From: an uncultured bacterium
GTDB taxonomy: Bacteria; UBA8481
Direction of reading: 5' to 3'
Assembly (NCBI GenBank): GCA_964499705.1
Contig: CAZCME010000024.1
Location: 1 to 64,000 of the forward strand
DNA: 64,000 nt
In this document: positions 28,253 to 38,518 of the stretch, piece by piece
Layout: each line of letters begins with the position of its first letter
Numbering within the stretch: the stretch's first letter is position 1
Notes under the pieces: generated by a model
The model's database searches: none
The model's input: only the letters and a program-made list of their open reading frames with translations
Told to the model about the DNA's origin: nothing
Position numbers and translations under genes: made by a program

Positions 28253-29608
28253 ATGACAATCCGAGCGCTCATTCTTCTGACAGTGATTTTCGCTATCCCT
28301 CTCCCCTCCCATGCCGAACTCGAGCCGAGCACGGGCACGCGTATCGCGGATTTCGCGACGATCGGCGGGGAGATCCGCCCACGCTTCGAATACTCGTCGA
28401 ATTTCGGAGGCGATCGCGCGGCGCGCGAGGAGAACGAGATGGTCTTCATGCGGACGCGCGCGAACGTCGACATCGACGTGTCCGACCAGGTCTTCGCCCG
28501 GATCGAGATCCAGGATTTCCGGAGATGGGGCGATCCGCTGTCCAACGCGTCCGGCACGACGGACGCGGCCGACCTCGTGCTGCGCGAGGGCTACCTGGAG
28601 CTGACCGATCTCTGGAGCGGCAGGATCAGCACGAAGCTGGGGAGACAGGCGATCGTCCGCGGCGAGGAACGGCTCCTCGGAGACCTCGACTGGCACCGGA
28701 TCGGCAGAACGCATGACGCGGCCGTGGTCTCCCTGAGGCCGGGCGAAAGCCACAGGATGGATTTTCTTTTCATAAGCGTCACGGAGAACGACAACATCGG
28801 TTCGACCGCCGCGGCGAAATCCGGAGTCGACGGCGATGCTTTTCTCTGGGGAATGTACGGCGATATAAAGTGGAAGCCGTTCACGAAGTTCCAACCCTTC
28901 TGGATATACCAGGATTACGATTCGTCGACGCTTCCGGCGCTTGTTCCCCAGGTCGCCGGCTCGGGATCCTCGGGATCCGATTTCCGCGTCCACACATTCG
29001 GGCTCCTGGCGGGCGGCGAATTCCTGGAGCGATGGTCATGGAATGCGGAGGGGCATTATCAGGCCGGTGATTTCGGCGTTCGAAAACTGAGCGCGTATCT
29101 CGCGCACGGCAGGTTGAGCTATGCTCCGGGCCTGACCCATCTTTCCCGGATATCCACTTCGTACGACATATATTCCGGCGATAGGAATGCGGCTGACAAT
29201 ACGATACAGACATACCAGCCGGTCTTTCCGTCGTATTATGAACATACGGGCAGGATCGGAAGGCTGGGGATGAAGAATCTTGACCGGTTCCGGCTCGCCC
29301 TATCAGGCGCCTTCCTCGCCGGCTGGCAGTGGAGATTGGACTGGCACAATTTCCGGTCCAACAGCCGCGCCGATCATCTCTATGCGACGACCGGCGGCGT
29401 CTTCCTCGCGACCGGCGGTGCGGCATCTCGCTCCGTCGGGAACGAATACGACGCGAGTCTCTCCTTTCCGTGGAAACCCAACGTGACGTTCACGACGACC
29501 GCGTCCGTGTTCCATCCCGGAGAAGCATCCAGGCAGGCCGTGCGGAACGCAGGCGGAGCTCCGGGAAGAACGATCGACGCGACAGCCCAGGTGGAGGTGA
29601 AATTCTGA
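28253..29608 (+). CDS. Alginate-export (AlgE-like) outer-membrane beta-barrel
   Basis: Signal peptide; GEIRPRFE, RIEIQD.R.WG, LGRQ....GEERLLG...W...GRTHD, SGD; terminal Phe. Confidence 0.8.
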   Translation: MTIRALILLTVIFAIPLPSHAELEPSTGTRIADFATIGGEIRPRFEYSSNFGGDRAAREENEMVFMRTRANVDIDVSDQVFARIEIQDFRRWGDPLSNASGTTDAADLVLREGYLELTDLWSGRISTKLGRQAIVRGEERLLGDLDWHRIGRTHDAAVVSLRPGESHRMDFLFISVTENDNIGSTAAAKSGVDGDAFLWGMYGDIKWKPFTKFQPFWIYQDYDSSTLPALVPQVAGSGSSGSDFRVHTFGLLAGGEFLERWSWNAEGHYQAGDFGVRKLSAYLAHGRLSYAPGLTHLSRISTSYDIYSGDRNAADNTIQTYQPVFPSYYEHTGRIGRLGMKNLDRFRLALSGAFLAGWQWRLDWHNFRSNSRADHLYATTGGVFLATGGAASRSVGNEYDASLSFPWKPNVTFTTTASVFHPGEASRQAVRNAGGAPGRTIDATAQVEVKF

Positions 29609-30312
29609 TGAAAATTTTTTCTGCAACGGCTCCGGTATTCCTTCGACATCGGCGATCCTTGCTCGTGATCGCCGTTCTGTGCTTGCTGCTGATCCCGCCC
29701 GAACCGGGCGCCTCTTCATCCGGCGCCGTCCGTTCGGGCAGCGTCCATCAGATCAGGCGCGGTACGCTCCAGCGCCTTACGGGAAATCAATGGGTGTTTC
29801 TCCGCGCGGGAGAGAGCGTGAAATACGGCGAGCGGGTGCGGTCATCGCACGACGGCGTCGCGGTCATCGCGATGCCGGACCAGGGCGAGATCGTGATCGG
29901 CCCCGGTTCCGACATGACCCTGGCTCGGGATGAAGCCGGGGGTGAAATGAAGCTGGAGCGGGGCGCAGTCTGGATGCAGGCGAAGCTGCCCGCGGGAAGA
30001 ACCATGACCGTCCGGTCGCCCGTCCTCGTCGCGGGAATCCGCGGCACGAAATTCTCCGTCCTCTCCGATTCCGACGGAGCAGCCGTCTGCACGTGCGAGG
30101 GGCTCGTGGACGTGGTCCTGCCGGACAGCCGCGTCCTCGCGTCGAAGACGGCGCAGTTCGTGCCCGTGGAATCGGATGGTCGCGCGCCGCGCGGAGCGAT
30201 GTCCGACCGGAAGCTGTTGCGGCGCGTGACCGGAGGCCGTTACGACTGGTGTTTCACATGCCATGAAGTCGGAGGCCGCGGGCGGTTGAAGCGGGACTGG
30301 ATGGAGGATTAG
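29608..30312 (+). CDS. Exported FecR-domain protein with a C-terminal CxxCH motif
   Basis: N-terminal hydrophobic segment; GERVRS, LERGAVW, VAGIRGTKF, EGLVDV; WCFTCH near the C-terminus. Confidence 0.7.
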   Translation: MKIFSATAPVFLRHRRSLLVIAVLCLLLIPPEPGASSSGAVRSGSVHQIRRGTLQRLTGNQWVFLRAGESVKYGERVRSSHDGVAVIAMPDQGEIVIGPGSDMTLARDEAGGEMKLERGAVWMQAKLPAGRTMTVRSPVLVAGIRGTKFSVLSDSDGAAVCTCEGLVDVVLPDSRVLASKTAQFVPVESDGRAPRGAMSDRKLLRRVTGGRYDWCFTCHEVGGRGRLKRDWMED

Positions 30313-30320
30313 ATCGAGGT

Positions 30321-31796
30321 TTATTTCCGCGCCGAATCCAGAAACCATGACGTGACATGCTGAGCGAGATCATCCGTGGACCGGCCTGGAGAAGGTACGA
30401 CGAGCATGGCGATCATGGTGCCGGATGGATCCTGCAACATCACAGGGCCTATCCAGTTCCCCTCCGCGGTCTTCATCAGAGCGGACAGATCCAACTCATA
30501 TAGAGCTTCCCGTTTCGAAACGAGACGGACCATCGAAGACGCGTTCAAGGCGACGAATATGGCTTTCCAGGATTCTCTCTGATCCGGACGAGTGGGCGGC
30601 AGATACAGCGAAATCTCGGAGCTGGAAACAAGACGCAGAGTGGCCGTCGCGGTCGACGCCTCCGAGGGCGGCGCAGATGCCCAATACGGTGCCGGCGTCC
30701 ACGCCGGTTCCGGTGAGGTCACGGTTGGCGGCAGCTCAGGCATGGCTACTGCTGTAACGGATCGATCCGGTTCAGGCTGCGGAACCATCACAACCGGCCG
30801 GAATGTCTCTGCAGGAGCCACCCTTGCCGCGGCCGCGACCGCCGGCTTTGGTTCCGCGCGTGGAGTTCCGAAGATGTAGTGCAGCGAAAACCGATTGCTG
30901 CTTCCCGCCTCTCCGAAGGGAAGGTAGACATAATCCAGGCGAAGATCATCCCACATCAGCCCCAGGCCCGCCGACGGAGCGCGGTCGAGTTCCTTCGCCC
31001 CATCGTAACCCGCGCGAAGAACGACGTGATCGAGAATCGTCAGGCCTCCGCCGACGCTGATATGCGGTTCTTCGGCTTTTCCGGTGATCACATCGAAGGC
31101 AAGCTCGAAAGGAGCTCCGACGATGCGACCGTTATACGCCAGCCCCGCTCTTCCGGTCAGAGGCAGCGGATTCTGTGACGTGATAAAGACTGCATCGGCG
31201 CCGAAATTCTGAAGGCTCGCTCCGAAGCGAATCGGCCATCGGCTCGGCGTCACGAGCACGCCGATATCGCCCGCGACACCATCAGCCCGGTAACCGGCCA
31301 CATCCAGCCGGAAAAATTTCACGGCGCCACCGATCTTGAGCTGATTCTCCGAGCCGAGATTGAGACCCAATCCGATCGAACCCATCCGGTCGCCGCCTTC
31401 GATGACCGAGCCCGCGCTCCCGGTGGGATCGGTGACCGTCGTCAATCGAAGTTGTCCATAATCCAGGTCGGCGTAAGAAACGGCCCACGAGAGCCTCCTG
31501 AGAATATCCGCGCGAAACGTTCCACCCAGCGAGGCGAAATTGGACGAGAGATCGAGCGGCAGGCTGTTCCGCTCGAATCCGATCTCGTAACGATCCAGTT
31601 CGGCGAGTCCGGCCGGATTGGATTGAGCCGTGAAGATATCGGCGTGGACGCCAACACCGGCCCCGCCGTACGCGGGCATGCGGCCGCCGCGATCCTCGCG
31701 CAGAAAAGGCGCGACCGCCTCTCCGGCGCGTGTTGCATGTAGCGGCGCGGGAAAAACGAGTGCAAGAGCGAGCAAGAGGATGAAGCAATATTTCAT
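30321..31796 (-). CDS. PorV/PorQ-like (FadL-type) beta-barrel with a Pro-rich linker and extra C-terminal domain
   Basis: AYGGAGVG..AD......NPAGLA, FGASLQNFG, LRAGY, LDYVYLPFG, NRFSLHYIF. Confidence 0.8.
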   Translation of the reverse strand: MKYCFILLLALALVFPAPLHATRAGEAVAPFLREDRGGRMPAYGGAGVGVHADIFTAQSNPAGLAELDRYEIGFERNSLPLDLSSNFASLGGTFRADILRRLSWAVSYADLDYGQLRLTTVTDPTGSAGSVIEGGDRMGSIGLGLNLGSENQLKIGGAVKFFRLDVAGYRADGVAGDIGVLVTPSRWPIRFGASLQNFGADAVFITSQNPLPLTGRAGLAYNGRIVGAPFELAFDVITGKAEEPHISVGGGLTILDHVVLRAGYDGAKELDRAPSAGLGLMWDDLRLDYVYLPFGEAGSSNRFSLHYIFGTPRAEPKPAVAAAARVAPAETFRPVVMVPQPEPDRSVTAVAMPELPPTVTSPEPAWTPAPYWASAPPSEASTATATLRLVSSSEISLYLPPTRPDQRESWKAIFVALNASSMVRLVSKREALYELDLSALMKTAEGNWIGPVMLQDPSGTMIAMLVVPSPGRSTDDLAQHVTSWFLDSARK

Positions 31797-34700
31797 CGGA
31801 CGATCGCCACTTTCCCGGTCGTCCTGGATCCGGACGGGTTGCGCGTGATGAAGAGATAGTAACCTGTCACGAGATCCGCGTTGGAGCTGTTCTTGACGTC
31901 CCAGTGGATGTAGCGGTTCCCGCCGGCCGAGAGGCGACGGATCAGGTTGCCGCGAAGATCATGGATCTCCAACGTCGCGCCCGGCTCGACCGGTTGAAAG
32001 ACGATGCCGGTGGAAAGATCGCCGGCGACAAAGGGAACGCCGTTGTTGGGATTGGCGTCCGTGGGAATGAAAACGCTGGGCGACGGAACCGCGTCTCCGT
32101 GATTCCGGAGCGTCAAGGCGGCGTACATCACGACGGAATTGCCCGCCGAATCGACAACGGTGACCGGAATCGCGTAGGGCCCGTCGAGCCGATTGTTGAA
32201 CTGGCTAAGCCGATAGCGGATCTGGTATCTCCCCGCCGATGTCACGACGTACGGTTGTTCATCGCCGGGCAGGTATTCCGAATCGATGGGCGAAAAGTCG
32301 GCGGAGACCGTGTCTCCCGATTCATTCGTGCGTATGACAAGGACGATCGTGTCTCCCGTCGCGTAGTGTTGCGACTGCCGGCCGTCCACGCCCTGTGTGA
32401 TGATGAAGCTGTCCATGATGGGTTTCGCATGATCGACCTGGAGAATCGCGACGAGGGTCGACTCCGATGATCTGCCGCGGTCGTATGCGATGGCGAAGAT
32501 CCGGTAGATGCCGTCCGTCTCCTGCCGTACATCCCAGGTGTAGTCGGAGAGCACATCCGTTTCGCCCGCCAGAGCGGTCTGGCCGATCTTCACGGTCGAT
32601 CCGCTCGCCTCGATGCGCCAGTATTCGATGCGCCCAAGGCCGATCGTGTCGGCGGCGTAGACGCGGATCCGCACATTTTCGTTCACGGAAAGAATCGGGA
32701 CGGGTTCGACGAGCGTCACGCGCCAGGGACGCGTGTTGTCGACGACGACCGTGACGGTATCGGACTGGAATACGTGGCCGACCGAGTCCTCTACGAGGAT
32801 CGAGAGACGATGGAGTCCGTCCGCAAAAGCAAGAGTGTTCCAGGTGCCGATCCACGCCGCTGAAAAATCAGTATCGATCAGGATGCCGTCGACGAGGAAT
32901 CGGACGTGTCGGATCCCGACGATATCGGTCAGGACCGCCTCGATACGCACCGTGTCGAAGACGACCGCTCCGCTTTCAGGGTAGACGATCTGACCTGACT
33001 GCGGCGGAGTGTTGTCGACGAGAATATTCCGCATCCCGGTGATCGAGACGTTGCCGGCGGTGTCGGTCGCTCGGATCGCCAGCACATGCGGGCCGTCACC
33101 CAGGCGGCGGGTTTCGAGAAGGAACGTGTCGAAAGGCGCCATGTTGTCCGTGGAATCGGAGACTCCGTCGACGAGCAGTTCGGCCTTCAGGATCGGGCTC
33201 GAGTCGGAAACGGTGTATCCGATGAAGATGATGCCGCCGAGCGGAGCTCCTTCAACGGGCGTGTCGATGCGCGACGTCGCAGGCGTATTGTCGAGGATCA
33301 CGTTGAAGATGCCTCGGGTCTCGTTGCCGCCCGAATCGCGCGCGAGAATGTTGACCGTCGCGAGGTTGGAATCCGGGCGGAGGTTCGACGTGCTGATCAC
33401 GTAGTTGATGATGTAGCGCCCGAGGCCCTGCGAGGCGACCAGCTCGCCGTTCGTCAAGTACGTGCTGTCCACGAACGAGAAATCTCCGGTCACGACGAGC
33501 GTACTGTCGCCGTCGAGAGCGGTGACGAGAATCCGGATCATCTGGCCGTTGGCGTAGATCGTGTCGAGATCCAGAGACGTTGCGACGAAACTGGGGCCGG
33601 TATCCTGGAGCCTGATGGTCAGGGCGACGGTGTCGGAGTTCCGGACCAGATCGCTGGCATAGATACGGACAATCGTATCGATTTCGACGGGAAGATCGAC
33701 GCGCACGACGAACTGGCCGCTGAAGATCCCGTCACCCGCGAAGAGGTCGGGGGCGAATCCCGTGTCATTCAACAGAACCGTGTCACCGCTGACCTCCATG
33801 GCGTCTATGTAGATCCTCGTGGTGTCGAGACCGGCGCCGAAATCGGAAATCTGCAGGCGAAGAATGACCGTATCGCCGCGTTTGGCCCGCGTCTGCCCGT
33901 TGGGATAGATGATCTGCGGATTGACCATGAGCGGCTTGATCCGGTCGATGCGAACGGTATCGGTGATCGGATTGCTCCAGTTCCCCGCCGTGTCCTGCGC
34001 ATGGAAGTAGAGCGTGTGGATCCCATCCGGCAGATTGCTGATCACAAGCGTCGCCGTGGCCGACTCGCTGAACTCATCGAAGGCCCCGTCGACGGCGGTC
34101 ATGGGGAAGCCCGAGCCATTCGGCCCGATGACATCGACGAAGAATTCCGCGGCGCGGATCGGAACCGAGGTGTCATCGATACGGACGAGAATCACGTCGG
34201 TGTCGTTGATGTTCTTGTCCTGAGCGCGGTCCCCCGTATCGGCGTAGGCGATCGTGTCGTAACGGACGGATGGCGCGGTGTTATCAAGCTGGACGAAGAA
34301 GAGGCCTTCCGTTTCCGAGCCGGAAACATCGCGGGCCCTGATGACGAGGGCGGCCAAGTTCGAATCCGGCCTGGTGTTGGAGAGACTAATCACGTATGTG
34401 ATCTGGTACGTCGCATTCGCCGTATCGACCGCGACATTCTCCTGGCCGCGAAGATAGCTCGAATCCGGATTGTAGAAGTTGGCGTTGATCGTGAGCGTGG
34501 AATCGGGAGGCGTATCGATCGGCATCACCAGCAGACGTATCGTCTGGCCGTTGGCGTAGATCGTGTCGGGATCCAGAGAGGTCACGCGGAACCTTGGGCC
34601 GGTGTCGCCCAGATTGATGACTACAGTACGACTCTCCGAGTTCGAGACCCGATCGCGCGCGATGATGAGGATCGACGAGTCAGTCTGGATCGGCACATCG

Positions 34701-37700
34701 ACGCGGACGATGAACTGACCGGAGAAAATGCCGTCGCCCGCCGCCAGGTCCACGCCGAAACCCGTGTCATTCAGAAGAACCGTGTCGCCACTTAATACAA
34801 ATGAGTTGATGAAGACCTGCGTCGTGTCGAGGCCGGAGCCGAAATCGGTGATCTGCGCGCGGATGATGACCGTGTCGCCGCGCTTCACCCGCGACTGTCC
34901 GGCCGGATAAAGGACCGTCACGTTCGAGATGACCGGCGATTCCCGGTCCACGCGGAATGAGTCGCTCCGGAAATTCCCCCATGTTCCTGCCGAGTCCTGC
35001 GCGTGGATGAAGAGCATGTGAATACCGTCCGCCAGCGCAAAAAGCGAGAGCGGGGCCGTCACCGATTCGGCGGTCGAATTGAAGAATCCATCCACGGCGT
35101 TAAGGGGGAAGCCTGTGCCGTTCGGGCCGATTGCATCGATGAAGAATTCGGCCGCCCGGATCGGGGTATTGCTGTCCTCGACATGAACGAGCACAACATC
35201 GGAGTCATTGAGATTGCGATCGGCCGCGCGGTCACCGGTGTCGGAGTAGGGCAGCGTGTCATAGCGCACGAAAGGCAGAGTGTTATCGAGCTGGACGAAG
35301 AAGATCCCTTCGGTCTCCGAGCCCGCGACGTCGCGAGCCCTGATGACAATGGCGGCCGAGTTCGAATCCGGCCTTGTGTTGGAGAGACTGATCACGTATG
35401 TGATCTGGTACGTCGCATTCGCCGTATCGACCGCGACATTCTCCTGGCCGCGAAGATAGCTCGAATCCGGATTGTAGAAGTTGGCGTTGATCGTGAGCGT
35501 GGAATCGGGAGGCGTATCGATCGGCGTCACCAGCAGACGGATCGTCTGGCCGTTGGCGTAGATCGTGTCGGGATCGAGCGAAGTCACGCGGAACCTGGGG
35601 CCGCTGTCGCCGAGATTGATAACCACCGTCCGGCTCTCCGTGTTCGAAACCCTGTCCCGCGCGATGATGAGAATTGAAGTGTCCATCTGATTCGGCACGT
35701 CGACGCGGACGATGAACTGACCGGAGAAAATCCCATCGCCCGCCGCCAGGTCCACGCCGAAGCCCGTGTCATTCAGAAGAACCGTATCGCCGCTTAATAA
35801 GATCGAGTTGATGAAGACCTGCGTCGTGTCGAGGCCGGAACCGAAGTCGATGATCTGCGCCCGGACGATGACGGTATCGCCGCGCTTCACGCGCGACTGG
35901 CCAGCCGGATAGATGACCGTCACGTTCGAGATGACCGGCGATTCCCGGTCCACACGGAACGTGTCACTCCGGAAGTTCCCCCATGTCCCAGCCGAGTCCT
36001 GCGCGTGGATGAAGAGGATGTGAATTCCGTCCGCCAACGCGAGGAGAGAGAGCGGTGCCGTCACCGATTCGGCGGTAGAGTTGAAGAAACCGTCCACGGC
36101 GTTGAGACGGAAGCCGGTGCCGTTCGGGCCGATTGCATCGATGAAGAATTCGGCCGCCCGGATCGGGGTATTGCTGTCCTCGACATGAACGAGCACAACA
36201 TCGGAGTCATTGAGATTGCGATCGGCCGCGCGGTCACCGGTGTCGGAGTAGGGCAGCGTGTCATACCGGACGAACGGGAGGCTGTTGTCGAGTTGAACGA
36301 GGAAAACGCCTTCCGATTCGCCGCCTGAAATATTTCTGACGCGAATCACGATCGCCGCCGCGTTCGAGTCGGGCCGCGTGTTGGAGAGGCTGATCGTGTA
36401 GGTGATCTGGTAGGTTCCGTTGGTCGTGTCGACCGCGATATTTTCCTGGCCCGTCAGGTAGCTCGAGTCCGGGTTGTAGAAGTTGGCCCTGACAGTGAGC
36501 GTGGAATCTCCCGCTACCACGATCGATGTCAACAGGAGGCGAATTGTCTGGCCGTTCGAATAGATCGTGTCGGGATCCAGTGACGTCACGCGGAACTTGG
36601 GAGCCGAGTCGCCCAGGTTGATGAGAATAGTCCGGCTTTCCGTGTTGGAAACACGATCGCGCGCGATGATGAGAATCGGAGTATCGATGTTGCCGGAATC
36701 CGCCCGCACCGCGAATTGAGCACTGAAGATTCCGTCGCCGGCGGTAAGATCGGGAGCAAAGCCTGTGTCGTTCATCAGGACCGTGTCGCCGTTGATAAGG
36801 AGCGTGTGCACGAAGACTTGCGTCGTATCAAGACCGGAGCCGAATTCGGAGATCTGCGCGCGGATGATGACCGTGTCGCCGCGCTTCACACGCGACTGTC
36901 CGGCAGGATAGATGACCGTCACGTTCGAGATGACCGGCGATTCCCGGTCCACGCGGAATGTGTCGGTCGCGAAGAGACCCCAGTTCCCCGCGGTATCCTC
37001 CGCGTGGATATATAGCGTATGGACGCCGTCCGTGAGGTTATAGAGGGAGATGGCAGCGGAAACGGACTCACTAAGAAAGTTGAAGGCTCCATCCATGGCC
37101 AGCAGCGGAATTCCCGCTCCGTTCACGCTGACGGCGTCGATGAAATATTCCGCGCGGCGGATGGCGCTCACCGTGTCCTCCGCGTGAACGCGAATCACTT
37201 CCGTATCATTGATATTTCTGTCCGTGCCCCGGTCGCCCGTATCGGCGTAGGCGAAGGTCTCGAACCGGATGAAGGGCTTCGTGTTATCCAGCGTCACCAA
37301 CCAGAGGCGGACGCTGTCGGAGTGGCCGGCCTTATCCGTCACGGTGATCAGGACAGCGCTATCGCTGCGGGAGATAAAAGGATTGTCCGCGCTGATACGA
37401 TAGCTCACGAGATACGTCCCGACCGACTCGCTGACATTTTCCGCGCCGGTCACATAGTGCGAATCGACGTTCAAGAAATTCGCGGAGAGGGACATCCCCG
37501 AAACCGGGGCGCCGCGTTCCACGACCTGCACGTAGATGTTGATCGTCTGTCCGTTGGCGTAGATCGTGTCCTGATCGTACGTGGAGTAACCCAGGATGTA
37601 CGGAGTATCGTTATCCAGCGTGATCGTATCGTACCCTATGCGAACATTCTGGGTGTCGAACCAGGGCGATGAATCGACCGCGCGCACGAAGATCGTGGTG

Positions 37701-38374
37701 TCGTGGCTGTTTCCGAGGAACTGCCGGATGACGACGAACGCTGTATAAATGCTGTCGCCGGGAAAATGGTCTCCGTACTGCCCCGTATCGCCCATGGGTA
37801 CGCTCTCGCCGGCGAGATGGACCATGACGGTATCGACGCGCGCTCCCGTGGAAATGACCTTGGCTTCAACAAGAATCGTGTCTCCGATCCGGAATCGGAC
37901 GGACGTATCCGGAGAAACCGCGCGGTTGTAAGGGCCTGTCACGGTGATTGAAACGATATCGGGCGGCGAGTTGTCGACGATCACCACAGGGCCGTCCGTG
38001 TCGCCGTCCCAATCGAGCCCGGCGTCGTCCTCCTTGATAAAGACATTGGGGAGCCACGTCCCGTCAGGAATCCGACGCGTGTTCCAGAGATGAAATGTGG
38101 CGGCGGTCGTCGAGTCGGTCGACGGCGGAGCGGGAAGATTGCGCACCGAACCGTGGACAAGCGAATCGCTGAAGACGCGGCCCAGGGGGAGCGACGCTCC
38201 GGAAACCAGTTCCGTCCACTCGACGCGCACGATCCCATTGACGATCGAGCCCGCCGGAGGGCGCGTGATATTAGGGACGATCTCCGCAAAGGCGGGAAGG
38301 CTCGCCTGGCCGAGGGCGACGGTCAAAACCGCCATGAATGCGAGACGGCATCGTGATCGCGAAACTCTGCTCAA
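31793..38374 (-). CDS. 2193-aa secreted Ig-repeat protein with choice-of-anchor-X-like motifs and a FlgD/T9SS-like C-terminal domain (start may be ATG 38335)
   Basis: Signal peptide; about 1-kb tandem repeats; LNDTG..DL.AGDGIFS motif; C-terminal LEIHDLRGNLIRRL...WDVKN......TGYYL...GKVAIVR. Confidence 0.85.
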   Translation of the reverse strand: MSRVSRSRCRLAFMAVLTVALGQASLPAFAEIVPNITRPPAGSIVNGIVRVEWTELVSGASLPLGRVFSDSLVHGSVRNLPAPPSTDSTTAATFHLWNTRRIPDGTWLPNVFIKEDDAGLDWDGDTDGPVVIVDNSPPDIVSITVTGPYNRAVSPDTSVRFRIGDTILVEAKVISTGARVDTVMVHLAGESVPMGDTGQYGDHFPGDSIYTAFVVIRQFLGNSHDTTIFVRAVDSSPWFDTQNVRIGYDTITLDNDTPYILGYSTYDQDTIYANGQTINIYVQVVERGAPVSGMSLSANFLNVDSHYVTGAENVSESVGTYLVSYRISADNPFISRSDSAVLITVTDKAGHSDSVRLWLVTLDNTKPFIRFETFAYADTGDRGTDRNINDTEVIRVHAEDTVSAIRRAEYFIDAVSVNGAGIPLLAMDGAFNFLSESVSAAISLYNLTDGVHTLYIHAEDTAGNWGLFATDTFRVDRESPVISNVTVIYPAGQSRVKRGDTVIIRAQISEFGSGLDTTQVFVHTLLINGDTVLMNDTGFAPDLTAGDGIFSAQFAVRADSGNIDTPILIIARDRVSNTESRTILINLGDSAPKFRVTSLDPDTIYSNGQTIRLLLTSIVVAGDSTLTVRANFYNPDSSYLTGQENIAVDTTNGTYQITYTISLSNTRPDSNAAAIVIRVRNISGGESEGVFLVQLDNSLPFVRYDTLPYSDTGDRAADRNLNDSDVVLVHVEDSNTPIRAAEFFIDAIGPNGTGFRLNAVDGFFNSTAESVTAPLSLLALADGIHILFIHAQDSAGTWGNFRSDTFRVDRESPVISNVTVIYPAGQSRVKRGDTVIVRAQIIDFGSGLDTTQVFINSILLSGDTVLLNDTGFGVDLAAGDGIFSGQFIVRVDVPNQMDTSILIIARDRVSNTESRTVVINLGDSGPRFRVTSLDPDTIYANGQTIRLLVTPIDTPPDSTLTINANFYNPDSSYLRGQENVAVDTANATYQITYVISLSNTRPDSNSAAIVIRARDVAGSETEGIFFVQLDNTLPFVRYDTLPYSDTGDRAADRNLNDSDVVLVHVEDSNTPIRAAEFFIDAIGPNGTGFPLNAVDGFFNSTAESVTAPLSLFALADGIHMLFIHAQDSAGTWGNFRSDSFRVDRESPVISNVTVLYPAGQSRVKRGDTVIIRAQITDFGSGLDTTQVFINSFVLSGDTVLLNDTGFGVDLAAGDGIFSGQFIVRVDVPIQTDSSILIIARDRVSNSESRTVVINLGDTGPRFRVTSLDPDTIYANGQTIRLLVMPIDTPPDSTLTINANFYNPDSSYLRGQENVAVDTANATYQITYVISLSNTRPDSNLAALVIRARDVSGSETEGLFFVQLDNTAPSVRYDTIAYADTGDRAQDKNINDTDVILVRIDDTSVPIRAAEFFVDVIGPNGSGFPMTAVDGAFDEFSESATATLVISNLPDGIHTLYFHAQDTAGNWSNPITDTVRIDRIKPLMVNPQIIYPNGQTRAKRGDTVILRLQISDFGAGLDTTRIYIDAMEVSGDTVLLNDTGFAPDLFAGDGIFSGQFVVRVDLPVEIDTIVRIYASDLVRNSDTVALTIRLQDTGPSFVATSLDLDTIYANGQMIRILVTALDGDSTLVVTGDFSFVDSTYLTNGELVASQGLGRYIINYVISTSNLRPDSNLATVNILARDSGGNETRGIFNVILDNTPATSRIDTPVEGAPLGGIIFIGYTVSDSSPILKAELLVDGVSDSTDNMAPFDTFLLETRRLGDGPHVLAIRATDTAGNVSITGMRNILVDNTPPQSGQIVYPESGAVVFDTVRIEAVLTDIVGIRHVRFLVDGILIDTDFSAAWIGTWNTLAFADGLHRLSILVEDSVGHVFQSDTVTVVVDNTRPWRVTLVEPVPILSVNENVRIRVYAADTIGLGRIEYWRIEASGSTVKIGQTALAGETDVLSDYTWDVRQETDGIYRIFAIAYDRGRSSESTLVAILQVDHAKPIMDSFIITQGVDGRQSQHYATGDTIVLVIRTNESGDTVSADFSPIDSEYLPGDEQPYVVTSAGRYQIRYRLSQFNNRLDGPYAIPVTVVDSAGNSVVMYAALTLRNHGDAVPSPSVFIPTDANPNNGVPFVAGDLSTGIVFQPVEPGATLEIHDLRGNLIRRLSAGGNRYIHWDVKNSSNADLVTGYYLFITRNPSGSRTTGKVAIVR
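33300..37570 (-). repeat. Intragenic tandem repeat, about 1000 bp (333-334 aa) x 4 plus a partial copy; boundaries approximate
   Basis: GAGATGACCGGCGATTCCCGGTCCAC at 34926, 35928 and 36927 (periods 1002 and 999). Confidence 0.9.
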
Positions 38375-38483
38375 GTATAACTCGTCCGGTTTTGCATGGT
38401 CTGACGATGTTCATCGACACCTAGCAGCCGGCTCCAAAGCGATTCGATTATGGAAAATGCAAACTCGGGCAAGCCAGGACGCA

Positions 38484-38509
38484 GGACTTGCGCATTATTG
38501 CGCAAGTCC
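38484..38509. repeat. Perfect 11-bp hairpin just past the MFS stop codon
   Basis: GGACTTGCGCA-TTAT-TGCGCAAGTCC; no U-tract. Confidence 0.6.
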
Positions 38510-38518
38510 ACCGCGACT

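Noticed and set aside
33300-37570. DGR template/variable repeats or CRISPR array
   Set aside because: Repeats are in-frame domain duplications; no reverse transcriptase, cas genes or spacer pattern
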